DNA of 63,660 nucleotides, counting the filler, from Pirum gemmata (Eukaryota), in NCBI GenBank assembly GCA_002812295.1. It is 29 parts of 29 records of this genome, joined end to end, with 100 filler letters (N's around TTAATTAATTAA, not from the genome) between each part and the next. Parts side by side here need not be neighbours in the genome. Positions count along the whole stretch, not along the records: positions 1 to 1,844 come from PDIN01010685.1; positions 1,945 to 3,797 come from PDIN01010686.1; positions 3,898 to 6,880 come from PDIN01010687.1; positions 6,981 to 8,842 come from PDIN01010688.1; positions 8,943 to 10,788 come from PDIN01010689.1; positions 10,889 to 13,740 come from PDIN01010690.1; 23 more parts are not named here. One strand, 5' to 3'. The position numbers and the translations under genes are program-made. Each line of letters opens with the position of its first letter. Position 1 is the first letter of the stretch. The notes beneath the pieces were generated by a model, which had not been told where the DNA came from, ran no database searches, and saw nothing but the letters and a program-made list of their open reading frames with translations. Of this stretch, positions 1-12,866 are shown piece by piece.

Positions 1-32
<32 letters not shown>

Positions 33-109
33 ACACACACACACATTAATTGTCATTGTTTTAATAATTATTTTCACCCTCTCCCTCCCATTTTTTTTAA
101 AAAATATAG

Positions 110-331
110 GTTGTTTTTTTACTTGTCACAAACGATGCTGTACGGAGGATAGAATTTTTTTGGCCTGTCCTAAGGCGCAGAAGAAAGATTCCGTGGATGA
201 GTCAAATCTTGTGTCTCGCAGTAAATTTGAAATTCCACATAGATTTAATCCTCACAAGAGTTGGAACATGAAAGCCTTCTGTGGTTGGTGTGGGTCATCA
301 GTCTTTGGCAAGAGTTCTGTGAAATGTAACC
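110..331 (+). CDS. Internal exon of a tandem C1 (DAG/phorbol-ester zinc finger) domain protein, PKC-like
   Basis: TAG acceptor ending 109, GTAAG donor at 332. Encodes CFFTCHKRC (end of one C1) and IPHRF..FCGWCG..KC (start of the next). Confidence 0.8.
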
Positions 332-680
332 GTAAGTTCATCCTTTTATTTATTATTATTTATTGTTATTATTATTTATTATTATTTATTGTTATTATTA
401 TTTATTTATTTTTATGTAATCTTATAAGATATATATGCTATTAGTGCGTATTAATAGTTACGTTATTGTCATGTTTATAATTAATAAACTTATTATGTTT
501 ATATTATTGTTTATAATCTTATGGGTATATTATTCCATTGATGTTGCTGTTGTCGTGTTTATTGAATTAAATAATTTTATTCGTCAGCATACTTTTCATT
601 ATTCGCACCAGATTAACTAACTTTATTTTTTATCAAAATGATTAGTTTTGTATGTTGTGTGTACGTGTGTGTGGGTTTTT

Positions 681-777
<97 letters not shown>

Positions 778-1117
778 TTGTGTTTGTGTGTGTGTTTGTG
801 TTTGTGTTTGTGTGTGTGTTTGTGTTTGTGTTGTTTGTGCGTTTGTGCGTTTGTGTTGTTTGTGTGTTTGTGTTGTTTGTGTTGTTTGTGTGTTTGTGTG
901 CTTGTGTGTTTGTGTGTTTGTGTGCTTGTGTGTTTGTGTGTTTGTGTGTTTGTGTGCGTATGTAGAGGAATAGGTTGTATTCCCTATTATTATTGATAAT
1001 TAATGATATTTGTGAATGACAAGATAGATGGTAATCATAATTTATTACCGGTATAAACGATTGTTTGTACTCTTTTTGTTTATTCATTTATTATGTTATG
1101 GTATACAAAATTTATAG

Positions 1118-1222
1118 GCAGAGAAACTTGCTGCGGCTGCAGAAAAAAGAATCAAAGAGGCTAAAGAAAGAAAAGAAAGAGAAAAACAAAATTTGCTTGA
1201 CCAATATCTTGGGCAAGTTTAA
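1118..1222 (+). CDS. Probable terminal exon (AEKLAAAAEKRIKEAKERKEREKQNLLDQYLGQV*), coiled-coil-like
   Basis: TAG acceptor and coding-like composition. Phase does not join directly to the C1 exon, so linkage is uncertain. Confidence 0.4.
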   Translation, partial: AEKLAAAAEKRIKEAKERKEREKQNLLDQYLGQV

Positions 1223-1810
1223 ACCATGAGACCTACCCTTGTGGTAGGTCTCATGTTTAAACATTTTTTTTTGGAATGTTCGTTATTAGAAATGGTCCAG
1301 TTTTAATTAAGCTAATTTTACTGATTGTAGTCTAAAAAAAAAATAGCAAATTATATATGATATTATGCAATTTATGTTCTTTATTGTGTAAGTTAATGAA
1401 TATTTGTGCTACTATAATGAATAAAAAAGTAAAGTTGTAGTTCAAACAGTTATTTGAAAAAGTTGATAAGCCTTAAAAACAATTATTTTTGATTGCATAG
1501 CCTTTTTTCTTTGTGTTTTTTTCTTCTAAAAATGTTAACACTAGTTCCATTAAAAGTAAAATATTTCTTGTAGTACAGGTATACAAATTTAGAATCCAAA
1601 AATAGAAATTTTTTTAGAGCATGTATGAAAAAACTGGAGAAAAAACTGGCTCAAAAAAGTTGGAATCAAAATTTTGGGACCAAACCAAATCATATTGATA
1701 TACTATTATTATTATTATTGTTGTTGTTGTTGTTGTTGCTGTTCTGCTGTTGTTGTTTGTTGTTTTTGTTGTTGTTGTTGTTGCTGTTGTTGTATGTTGT
1801 TATTTGTTGT

Positions 1811-1844
<34 letters not shown>

Positions 1845-1944
1845 NNNNNNNNNNNNNNNNNNNNNNNNNNNNNNNNNNNNNNNNNNNNTTAATTAATTAA
1901 NNNNNNNNNNNNNNNNNNNNNNNNNNNNNNNNNNNNNNNNNNNN
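1845..1944. other. Artificial contig-joining spacer N44-TTAATTAATTAA-N44 (first of 28; others start at 3798, 6881, 8843, 10789, 13741, 15697, 17652, 19580, 21492, 23426, 25372, 29039, 31016, 32959, 34897, 38199, 40133, 44161, 46124, 48052, 49967, 51887, 53838, 55777, 57753, 59729, 61686)
   Basis: Identical 100-nt structure containing a six-frame stop linker, repeated every 2-4 kb. Confidence 0.98.
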
Positions 1945-2035
1945 TTTTCATTAGTTTTATAGTTTAGAAAAAAAAAAAATTTTGGCGAAGTTCGCTTACT
2001 AATTAAAATTCTATACGCCACGACTTGTATCGTGC

Positions 2036-2068
<33 letters not shown>

Positions 2069-2963
2069 TACCAGTATTTAATTACCGAAAAAAATGGCGA
2101 ATTTTTACCATATTTGACATTTTTTGGAATTGAAATGACGAACTCCTTATTTGGCAATACTTACCCAAACTTTTTGACATTTCTTGTTATTTTTTAAAAC
2201 CTTTTTATCATAATATAGGGTATTTTCTAGTATTTTCCCTCTTTTCTATATTTTTTATACTTAATTATACCCACCCATATATATGGTCATAACCTTCTAT
2301 ACAATAAAAATCATTGGTAAAAATATTAGATACCATTTCCTTATAAATACTGATAATTTGAGCTAACTAGAGAGATTCTGACCAGTCACCCCCCACCCGA
2401 GTTTACATAATTCCCATCCCAGGCCTACATCCTGTCTACTGACTCTACTCTACATCAGACTGTCATCATTTGATAATGATACAACCTACTAGCTAGCTGT
2501 GCCTACTCTATGCATAGAACTGCACTGCCTAGTAGAGTATCATAGCAAAACTAGTCTATCTATACTGCTACTAGAGTAGCAACTAGCTACTAGCTAGAGC
2601 TAGCTAGACCTGGGTGCTACCTGGCTCTACTAGTAGTTTTTTTTTCTTTTTAGGTTTTTTTTCTAACCCTGAAGCTTACAAATATAGACTAGTACAAATA
2701 TGATACGGTATGTAACCTGACTTTGATAGGATACTCGAGCTCTACTAGCTAGTAGTATGATAGCTACTAGTACTCCAATAGCTTGCTAGCTTGACTACTC
2801 AAACCACTCAGACGTGCTAAACTAGCTAGAAGTACAATAATAATAGGCTGTACTATCAGATTCTACCATAGTTTACGGAATCAGTAGCCAAAAAAAAATT
2901 TACTAAACCATTAATGAATTTTATTTTTAATTTATTTTTATTATTTATTTATTGTTTTTAAAA

Positions 2964-3719
2964 TTAAAGACATTGTTTATACCACTGATTTTTAGTTCTA
3001 CACCGGAGGCCTGGTGAACAACAATTACTGGAAGTACAATCTCCATACAACGATGGACAACTACTTTGGTTTGGTCTTTGTTTTGGTCCACTATCACCTC
3101 TACAAATCATCTTCCCTTTTTCATTAACTGGCTTAGAACCGTCACAACAGCGACCTTGACGAGAAGCAGGCCAAAACGCATCACCTCCGGTTTTCGCACA
3201 GTCGTGTTTTCCAGTATAAGAGTCAGGCGCAGTAATCATAACTTCCGAAACACGGTCGTGTTTTCCAGTGTAAGAGTCCGCATCATGTTTTTTAGTAATC
3301 ATAACTTCCGAAATTACACCACCGTGGTGCGCGTGTACAGCGAACAACTTAAAATTATTATCAAACGTGGAATCGAGTATGAAATGCTTGCGGTATTCTG
3401 CATTATCATCGTAAAATGATGTACATCTTTTCTTTTTAGCCGCTTGTGTCTTATCGCTACCACAATTGTATACCAAGTTATCTTTCATCTCAACTTCTTT
3501 CGTTGCACCGCAATAAATTTCTATTTTTTGGTCTTGGCAACGAGCAGTAATAATAACATCATTTGGCTGGACTGTTAAATGTGGATTACACTTTCGCTGT
3601 ATATGTGAATAAATTGTATTATCGTAGTCTAAACAGCGGATTGCTTCTACTAAGGTATATTGAAAAATACCATTTGTTATGACCAGAAAGAATATTAAGT
3701 TGTTTTTTTTAAAAAACAT
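2964..3719 (-). CDS. Secreted Cys-rich protein with C-terminal CBM1-like (fungal-type cellulose-binding) module
   Basis: Intact 251-aa ORF with hydrophobic signal peptide. C-terminus CPSLYGDC..CCSPGLRCRTKNQWYKQCL matches the CBM1 NxWYxQCL end. Confidence 0.75.
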   Translation of the reverse strand: MFFKKNNLIFFLVITNGIFQYTLVEAIRCLDYDNTIYSHIQRKCNPHLTVQPNDVIITARCQDQKIEIYCGATKEVEMKDNLVYNCGSDKTQAAKKKRCTSFYDDNAEYRKHFILDSTFDNNFKLFAVHAHHGGVISEVMITKKHDADSYTGKHDRVSEVMITAPDSYTGKHDCAKTGGDAFWPASRQGRCCDGSKPVNEKGKMICRGDSGPKQRPNQSSCPSLYGDCTSSNCCSPGLRCRTKNQWYKQCL

Positions 3720-4454
3720 TTTTTGAGTATTCTTGGTTTACACAATATAAATTCAAGTTTTTTTTTTTTGTTTTTTTTTGTTTTTTTTTTTTTTTTTNNN
3801 NNNNNNNNNNNNNNNNNNNNNNNNNNNNNNNNNNNNNNNNNTTAATTAATTAANNNNNNNNNNNNNNNNNNNNNNNNNNNNNNNNNNNNNNNNNNNNTAC
3901 AAACAATAATCAATACAAACAACAATCAATACAAACAACAATCAATATTAAAATACAAACAACAATCAATACAAACAACAATCAATACAAACAACAATCA
4001 ATACAAACAACAATCAATACACTATACAAACAACAATCAATATTGAAATACAAACTATATATTATATTATATAAAAAAAATGTTTGTCTTTTCTATATTA
4101 GGTATAATTATTTACTCTTTTTTTTTCTAAAAATCTTTAATCCCTCTTTAATCTTAAATAGCCAAATTATTATTAAAAACTAACCATTGGTTCATAATAG
4201 AGTTTTTGTTAAATAAATTCTCAAAATAATTTGGTAGTACTTTTATTTTAATTGGACTATTTTAAGATTTTGGATTTTTGAGCTCATATTGCAAAAAATA
4301 CCCGATCTCCAGCGATCTTCAGTCAGTGTTTTTTTTTTTTTTAGNNNNNNNNNNNNNNNNNNNNNNNNNNNNNNNNNNNNNNNNNNNNNNNNNNNNNNNN
4401 NNNNNNNNNNNNNNNNNNNNNNNNNNNNTATTATTATTATTATTATTAAATTAG

Positions 4455-4707
4455 GTACGATACGTTAACCAACGGTGAACTTCAACGTTTAAGCTTACTT
4501 CGTGTACTTTACCACCACCCTTCTTTCGTGGTTTTAGACGAGTCGACTAATGCTTTGGATCAAAAAATGGAATGTAAATTTTATAACAAATTTAAAGAAA
4601 TGAATATTACTCTAATTTCAATTAGTCATAGTAATACATTGATAAAGTATCATAGCATAATAATAACACTTTTAGAAGGTGGATTTTGGAAAAAGACCCA
4701 TGTATAA
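4455..4707 (+). CDS. ABCD4: Last exon of an ABCD-family half transporter (ABCD4-like nucleotide-binding domain)
   Basis: (W)YDTLTNGELQRLSLLRVLYHHPSFVVLDESTNALD...ISISHSNTLIKYH...GGFW: signature region, Walker B, D-loop, H-loop. TAG acceptor; not in ORF track. Confidence 0.8.
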
Positions 4708-7695
4708 TCAAAACTGTAATAATAATAAACTTTATGAAGTGTATTATTTCGTTTTTGTAGTTGAAGTTGTAGTTGAAGTTGTAGTTTGAGTTGAAGTTGT
4801 AGTTGTAGTTGTAGTTGTAGTTATAGTTGTTTGTAGTTGTAGTTGTAATTGTAATTGTAATTGTATTTGTATTTGTATTTGTAGTTGTAGTTGTAGTTGT
4901 AGTTGTAGTTGTAGTTGTAGTTGTAGTTGTAGTTGTAGCTGTAGTTGTAGTTGTAGTTGTAGTTGTAGTTGTAGTTGTAGTTGTAGTTGNNNNNNNNNNN
5001 NNNNNNNNNNNNNNNNNNNNNNNNNNNNNNNNNNNNNNNNNTAGGGGTATTTGAAGCTGTATTTGACCGGAAATTGGCGTTACGTAGTATCTGAACACCC
5101 CTTTTTATCAAGACCTTCCCTTCTGCTATCAAGCAGGGCCACCAAAAAATCATCTCCGCAAATCCCGCAAGAATTGGGGGGGGGAAGGTGAAGGTCTAAA
5201 AACCGAACACTCCCAATGATAGTGATAGAGATAGTGATAATGATAATGATAATGATAATGATAATGATAATGGTGATGATAATGATAATGATGATGATAA
5301 TGATAAAGATAATGATAATGATAATGATAATGATAAAGATAATGATAATGATAATGATAATGATAATGATAGTAGTANNNNNNNNNNNNNNNNNNNNTTA
5401 ATGTTAATGTTAATGTTAATGTTAATGTTAATGTTAATGTTAATGTTAATGTTAATGTTAATGTTAATGTTAATGTTAATGTTAATGTTAATGTTAATGT
5501 TAATGTTATTTGTTATTGATATTGATGTTGTTATTGTTATTGTTATTGTTAATACCAATACCAATAATAATAATAATAATAACAGTAATAACAATAACAA
5601 TAACAATAAATAGTGGTTGGGTAAGTATAAGTATAAGTATAAAGGTAATGGTAATGATAATGATAATAATAATGATAATGTTAATGTTAATGTTAATGAA
5701 AATGAAAATGATAATGATAATGATAATGATAATGATAATGGTAATGAGAATGATAATGATAATGATAATGACAATGATAATGATAATGATAATGATAATG
5801 ATAATGATAATGATTAATTTTATTGTTATTGTTATTGTTGTTGTTGATACCAATACAAATAACAATAATAATAATAACAGTAATATCAATAACAATAACA
5901 ATAACTAGTGGTTGGGTAAGTATAAGTATAAGTATAATGATAATGATAATGATAATGATAATGATTATGATAATGATAATGATAATGATAATGATAATGA
6001 TAATGTTAATGTTAATGTTAATGTTAATGTTAATGTTAATGTTAATTTTAATTTTAATGTCATTGTTAATGTTAATGTTAATCTTAATCTTAATGTTAAT
6101 GTTAATGTTAATGTTAATGTTATTGTTATTGTTATTGTTATTGTTATTGTTAATACCAATATCAATAATAGTAACAATAACAACGGCAATAACAAGAAAA
6201 ATAGCAATAGTAATAACTAGTGGTTGAGTAAGTGTATGTATAATTATAATGTTAATGTTAATGTTATTGTTATTGTTAATGTTAATGTTAATGTTAATGT
6301 TAATGTTAATGTTAATGTTAATGTTAATGTTAATGTTAATGATAATGATAATGATAATGATAATGATAATGATAATGATAATGTAAAAAGTATAATGATA
6401 ATGATAATGATAATGATAATGATAATGATAATGATAATTATAATGATAGTGATAATGATAATGATAATGATATCGTTAATGATAATGATAATGATATTAT
6501 TAATGTTAATATTAATATTAATGTTAATACCAAAACCAATACCACTACAATAACCCTAACCCTAACAATAACAATAACAATAACAATAACAATAACAATA
6601 ACAATAACAATAACAATAACAATAACAATAATAACAATAATAATAACTATATCAATATTAATATCAATATCAATACCAATATCAATATTAAAATTAAAAA
6701 CAATATTAATAACAATAACAATAACAATAACAATAAGAATAACAATAAGAATAACAATAACAATAATAACAATAATAATAATAATAACTATATCAATATT
6801 AATATCAATATCAATATCAATATCAATATTAAAACCAAAAACAATATTAATAACAATAACAATAACAATAACAATAACAANNNNNNNNNNNNNNNNNNNN
6901 NNNNNNNNNNNNNNNNNNNNNNNNTTAATTAATTAANNNNNNNNNNNNNNNNNNNNNNNNNNNNNNNNNNNNNNNNNNNNTTAAAAATAAAAACACCTAT
7001 ATTTAGTAAATTTAAATTTTCTTTGCTATATTAAGGATAAAAGTTATTTAAAAAGGTAAATAAACCATGAAAAAAATAATTAAAAGGAAATAATTAAAAA
7101 TAGGATTGATAGCTTTTCGAATTTAGACTAAAGTCTATTTGGTACTGTTTAAATGTATAATTGAACTTGTTTATAAAATATAACATTATATAAAAACTAC
7201 CAAATTCATTAAAACGTGTCAGATAGTTTATCCATTGGTACTTTTATTTCAGTTGGGTTACTGGGGTCTAGCTACAAAAAAACTCGTAATTAGAATCAGC
7301 TTATTCTAATTAAGGCTATTCACTTTTAACAGAGGTCACGTTTTCCCCACACATCCTCGTTCCCTTTCTACAAAACACTTCTCTTTTATTATTATTATTA
7401 TAGACCTAATTATTATTATTATTATTATTATTATTATCATTATCTCAGTATCATTATCATCATTATCATCATTATCATTATCATTATCATTACCATTATC
7501 ATTATCATTATCATTATCATTATCATTATCATTATCATTATCATTATCATTAACATTACACAAAAACAATAATCCCAAACAACACAAGATGAACATAGGA
7601 TCATGCGTCCATTTTTAATTCCTCCTATTGCTTGCAAAAAAAGTAACACCAAGCACTTTACTATTTTGTCTTCTTCTTCTTGTTTATATTTTAAT

Positions 7696-7801
7696 ATGTG
7701 GAATAGAGTTACCAATCGAAATTTTCTTCAATCTGCACGGCAGTATGGAAAACTTTCTCAACAACAATCAGCACGGAAAAGCGTAATAATGAAAAGAGGA
7801 G
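7696..7801 (+). CDS. Putative first exon encoding a basic, acid-free N-terminus (possible mitochondrial presequence)
   Basis: MWNRVTNRNFLQSARQYGKLSQQQSARKSVIMKRG followed by GTAAG donor and a TTAGGG-rich intron. Confidence 0.4.
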
Positions 7802-7859
7802 GTAAGACTTCTGAATTAGAATTAAAGTTAGGGTTAAAGTAAAAGGGAAAGTCAAGGCT

Positions 7860-8530
7860 AGGTTTAGGTTTAGGGTTAAGGTTTGGGTTAGAGTTAGGGT
7901 TAGAGTTAGGGTTATAGGGTTAGGGTTAAAGTTATAGGGTTAGGGTTAGGGTTAGGGTTAAGGTTAGGGTTAGGGTTAGGGTTAGAGTTAGGGTTAGGGT
8001 TAGGGTTAGGGTTAGGATTAGGGTTAGGGTTAGGATTAAGNNNNNNNNNNNNNATGGTTAAGGTCAAGGTCAGGGTTATGGTTAGAAGGTCAGGGTTATG
8101 GTTAGAAGGTCAGGGTTATGGTTAGAAGGTCAGGGTTATGGTTAGAAGGTCAGGGTTATGGTTAGAAGGTCAGGGTTATGGATAGAAGGTCAGGGTTAGG
8201 GTTAGAAGGTCAGGGTTATGGTTAGGAGGTCAGGGTTATGGTTGGAAGGTCAGGGTTATGGTTGGAAGGTCAGGGGTAGCGTTTGAGCAGTGTTCAGTTT
8301 AGAGTTAGAATTAAGTTAATTAAGGGTTAAGGTCAGGGTTAGGGTTAGGGTCAGGGTTAGGGCTAGGGTTTAAGCTGAGGTTTAAGCTTGGGTTGTGGCT
8401 GGGGTTGGGGGTAGGGTTAGGGTTAGGGGTAACTAGGCTTATGAGTTCCAGTGAGTTAGTCAGGGTTAAGGTGGTCAGGGGAGGTTAGCGTTAGGGTTAG
8501 GGTTAGGGTTAGGGCTGGGTTTATGGTTAG
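7860..8530 (+). repeat. Interstitial TTAGGG-type array including a 20-bp higher-order repeat (GGTTAGAAGGTCAGGGTTAT)n at about 8085-8275
   Basis: Directly visible tandem units. Confidence 0.95.
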
Positions 8531-8959
8531 TCTTATAGATAGGGGCAACGTTAGAGTTAAGATTTTGGTTTTCCAGTGGCGAGTATGAAATCCATATTAG
8601 GAAACAGACTTTTACAAATAAGGTAATCAACTATCATATTAGTCCAAATCAAATCATGATTACCCATAAGGAAATCGACTATACCATATTAGGAATTCGA
8701 CTTACCATATTAGTATATATAATTAAAGTTAAATTAAACTAATCAAACCAATAAAGAAAAATTCAATTACTATATCAAAAATAATTCTAAACCTATACAC
8801 AACCCTAAACCCAACCCAACCCCAACCCCAACCCCAACCCCANNNNNNNNNNNNNNNNNNNNNNNNNNNNNNNNNNNNNNNNNNNNTTAATTAATTAANN
8901 NNNNNNNNNNNNNNNNNNNNNNNNNNNNNNNNNNNNNNNNNNAAAAAAAAATAGTTATT

Positions 8960-8992
<33 letters not shown>

Positions 8993-8998
8993 TCTGTT

Positions 8999-9216
8999 TT
9001 AACAGCCAAGCCAGATAGATAAAACTGTAGAAATCTTTTTTTTTTTTTTAGACTTCTTTTCTGAACAACTTTAATGTTAACTAGCCAAATTATTTTTAAA
9101 AACTTGCCAATCATTCATAATAGAGTTTTCTTAATCAAAAATTTTCTCAAATTTTGGTAGTACTTTTACATTAAAATTAGATCATTATGAGATTTTTGGA
9201 TTTTTGAGCTCATATT
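8999..9216 (-). mobile_element. MITE family C, partial inverted copy
   Basis: Reverse complement of 12867-13107; starts TTAACAGCCAAGCC. Confidence 0.75.
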
Positions 9217-9749
9217 ATACTCATATGGGGGATATTAAATAAATAAGATAATTTAAAGGGTACCACCGGTGCCTCTTATAAATTATCTTTTATTTAACAG
9301 GTATAGGTTGATTAGGTTAAATAGGTTTCCAAAAGTACAAAGCTAAAAAAAAAATAAAAAAAACCAAGGAATCCTCAAGGAATCCAAATTCCATAACCCT
9401 AACCCTAACCCTAACTTTAACCCTAACCCTAACCCTAACCCAAACCCTAACCTCCCTAACCTTAACCCTAAACCTAACCCTAATCCTAACCCTAACCCTA
9501 ACCCTAACCCTAACCCTAACCCCAACCCTAATCCTAATCCTAACCCTGACCCTAACCCTGATCCTAACCCTGACCCTAACCCTAACCCTAACCCTAACCC
9601 TAACCCTAACCCTAACCCTAACCCTAACCTTAACCTTAACCTTAACNNNNNNNNNNNNNNNNNNNNNNNNNNNNNNNNNNNNNNNNNNNNNNNNNNNNNN
9701 NNNNNNNNNNNNNNNNNNNNNNNNNNNNNNNNNNNNNNNNNNNNNNNNN

Positions 9750-9796
<47 letters not shown>

Positions 9797-10223
9797 CTTA
9801 ATTTTTTTTTTCGGAAAGTTTTTCTGTCAGAACACTTTCGAGCAAGTCTCGATAAACACTTTCAAGGTTAATAAAAGTCCAGCTCTTGGTTATCGTAGTT
9901 AGTTCAAAGGAAATAAGGTGAGTGATGACGTCAGTAATTTGATCTCATGAAATCTTCGATCTGAACATATTCAACTCGATACTATTCTAAAGAAATAGAA
10001 ACTGAACGGACCAGACTGAACAATATAAAGAAAAAAAAAATGAAAAAAAAAAAAAAAAAAAAAAAAATAAAAAAAAAAAATAATAATAATAAAAAAAATA
10101 AACACTGACTACTCCTAGCTGACTACTACAGACAGACTACAGTCTACAGTTGGCTCAAAATAGTCAAAATAGGCAGCTGGCCAATTTAGCTATGATACTA
10201 GCTAGCTAGCTAGCTAGACTATA

Positions 10224-10393
10224 GGGGAGACATGGGAAAACATAATCAAATCAAACAGCTCGAATCTGAAATGATATTCCTTTTTTTTTGAGTTTCAAGT
10301 TTTTTCTAAGAAATCAAAAGTGATTGAGGTTAGATCGAAAAATTTCGCAAGTTTTGAACTAATCTCGATTCGATGGTTTTTCCAACATATCCC
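10224..10393. mobile_element. MITE family D (TIR approx. GGAGATGCGGGAAAAACCATCGAATC), TA-flanked; other copies 11606-11838, 25294-25371 (partial), 47845-47890 (partial)
   Basis: Imperfect terminal inverted repeats; four dispersed copies on different scaffolds. Confidence 0.75.
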
Positions 10394-10659
10394 TAGCCAG
10401 CTAGAGTAGCACTGTAGGCTGTAGCTGGTTATCGATCTATCTATAGTTATAAATATCTATATATATAGTAGTAGGATCCCGAGCCTCGATCAACTATCTG
10501 GTCCAATACTTCCAAAAATATCAATTCAAGTTCTGGATTTTTTTTAAAAAAATTTCCACAGCAGCATTCCTTTCAGGTTGCTGACTTGCAGTGCGCACTG
10601 CTTTATTAGAAACTGTTATGATAATATGATACTATGTTTAATAATATTATTACGGTCAA

Positions 10660-10788
10660 TATTTTCTATTTCATTACAGTTGTCTTCTCGATCTTTAATT
10701 TGGCACTGTTTAAGTGTATAATTGAACTTATTTATATAATACAACATTAAGTATAAAATACCAAATTAATTAAAACATGTCTGATAGT
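10660..10788. repeat. Dispersed repeat family B; related copies at about 7140-7230, 33880-33945, 51392-51530 (inverted), 31860-31912 (inverted)
   Basis: Shared core ACTGTTTAAGTGTATAATTGAACTT...ATACCAAATTAATTAAAACATG. Confidence 0.7.
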
Positions 10789-12096
10789 NNNNNNNNNNNN
10801 NNNNNNNNNNNNNNNNNNNNNNNNNNNNNNNNTTAATTAATTAANNNNNNNNNNNNNNNNNNNNNNNNNNNNNNNNNNNNNNNNNNNNTTCGTGTTAGGG
10901 ATAGTGTTCGTGTTAGTGTTAGTGTTAGTGTTAGTGGCATCGTGTGGGTTTGAGTTAGAAAGTGTATGTGTATTATTTTGTTCTTTTGTTATTTTTTTCA
11001 ATTTCTAAAAAGTTAGAAGTTTTATAAAAATGAAGTCATAATAAAAAGCCGAGGTTACAAGAAACTTGTTCATTGCCCTGGGTTTTCGTTTGAAAACTCT
11101 TTTATTTTTGCGTAGACTTGTTCTTTCAATTTGAACGACTAGCAGTATTTCTGGGGGNNNNNNNNNNNNNNNNNNNNNNNNNNNNNNNATCCCACAAAAA
11201 AAGTAAATTGACATCATATCTTACGCAAGTCGTTCAGGTTAAAGAGGTAAAAGTCTTGGGTTATTGATTGCATTAAGTAGATTATATATCTGACTTTATG
11301 TAGCGTTATTTTGAAAAAAAATTAAATTAGGAAATACTATATCACACCCATATTTAATAACTACAATGGCATTTCTAATTACCTACCAGTGCGACTGTTT
11401 AGATCCATATATATTTAATATTATGACAAATGTATTTTCAAAATCTTTTTGATATTAATTTTTTTTTAGTATATCAATTTCTTTTAAAGAATAATGGTTT
11501 CTTTTAAATTCAATTTTAGTAGTTTATCTTCTTTAATTAAAAGTAAAAAAATGACAATGCTATTCATTTTAAAATAATTTCTATTCGATTATATTTTGTC
11601 ATCTAGGAGATATGGGAAAACATAATCGAATCAAAAAGCTCGATCCTAATTATTAAAAAGTGACAATTTTGAAATGATATTCTTTTTTTTTCGAGTTTCA
11701 AGTTTTTTCTATGAAATTTCTAAGAATTTTTAATTTTTTTTTAATGAAATCAAAAGTTAGTCAATACTTAAACTAAGAAATTAGATCGAAAAATTTGGAA
11801 AATTTCGAACTAGTCTCGATTCTATGGTTTTTCCGTATTTAGCTAAATAAAAGTACAGGATAATAATACGAGATTATGTTAGAGCTACCTTTATGATAAT
11901 ATTTAGGATTGATATAGATATTGAGCTGGAACCTGTTGCTTTAAGTTTTTTAATAAAGGCTGTGCTTCTTGGCGGTAGACCAGATAGTACTTTCTTCATG
12001 TTGTGGATGTGATATTTGTTTTGTGTGTTATTATGACTATTGCTGTGGTTATGATTGTGATTGTGATTGTGTTTGTGATTGTGATTACGATTATGA

Positions 12097-12728
12097 TTAT
12101 GATTGTGATTGTGATTGTGGTTGTGGTTGTGGTTGTGGTTGTGGTGAGGATGATGGTGATGGTGATGGTGATGATGGTAGTGTGGGTGAGGGTGATATTG
12201 ATGGGGCTGTTGAATATAATGGTGATGGTGATGGTGATGATGATGGTGATGGTGATGGTGATGGTGATGGTGATGGTGATGGTGACTGTTTTAACGTGGA
12301 GGTTTTTCCTATTCTGTATCCTTCCTTGACATCAGCATTCCAATATCCAAATTTAGCTAAGAGAATAATAAATTAAATTAAATTACATATTATATTATAT
12401 TATATTACACTATATTATGTGTATTACAAACGGCTACCAAACATAAAACATTACAATGACAGAAAAAAAAAACAGAACTAAGAATCAAGAATAATAATGC
12501 AAAGTTTAAGTCGCATAAAAGAATATATATATAATATAATATACATAACAAAGATACATTTTTAAAACAAAGTATGATTACAAGATATGTAATTTATCAG
12601 AAAAATTAGTTATTGTTATTATACTACTTACTTCTCCGTGAATCCCTTCTTTCCTTTATAATTTTGACAACCTGGTCTTTCCTTTTCTGCATTCCATTAA
12701 TAGAAGTTAACAATACGATAAAACCTAA
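12097..12728 (-). CDS. Two exons (about 12728-12632 and from 12356) of an unknown protein; 3' structure ambiguous
   Basis: GTAAG donor and TAG acceptor join in phase: LGFIVLLTSINGMQKRKDQVVKIIKERRDSRR-T-KFGYWNADVKEGYRIG, then an SP/PQ repeat. Confidence 0.4.
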
Positions 12729-12866
12729 CTGTCANNNNNNNNNNNNNNNNNNNNNNNNNNNNNNNNNNNNNNNNNNNAAAAAAAAAAAAAAAAAATTGAT
12801 GCGACTAAAAGCCAATGGAAATAGTTAAAATCAGACCAACTTTTTTTCTTTCATTATTTTTTTTTT

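Noticed and set aside
623..1087. Long low-complexity ORFs (poly-CV/TH, poly-L, poly-I, poly-N, RVRVRV and similar) throughout the ORF track
   Set aside because: They are translations of intronic or intergenic microsatellites, often open in several frames and on both strands
1889..1900. Regularly spaced TTAATTAATTAA motif as a biological repeat or nanochromosome boundary
   Set aside because: Always embedded in exactly 44 N on each side; it is a six-frame-stop linker used to concatenate contigs
11889..12120. TAA/TAG-to-Gln code reassignment suggested by TCA CAA / TCA TAA alternation and by two in-frame TAAs elsewhere
   Set aside because: ABCD4, RPL37, MPST and YccV end in TAA/TAG at the expected positions, and the 559-aa Gln-rich GATA ORF contains no internal TAA/TAG; the alternation is microsatellite drift
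12290..12312. Second possible GA donor (ATA G|GAAAAA) in the unknown minus-strand gene
   Set aside because: A canonical GT donor or simple read-through to a stop fits equally well, and no homology is available to decide
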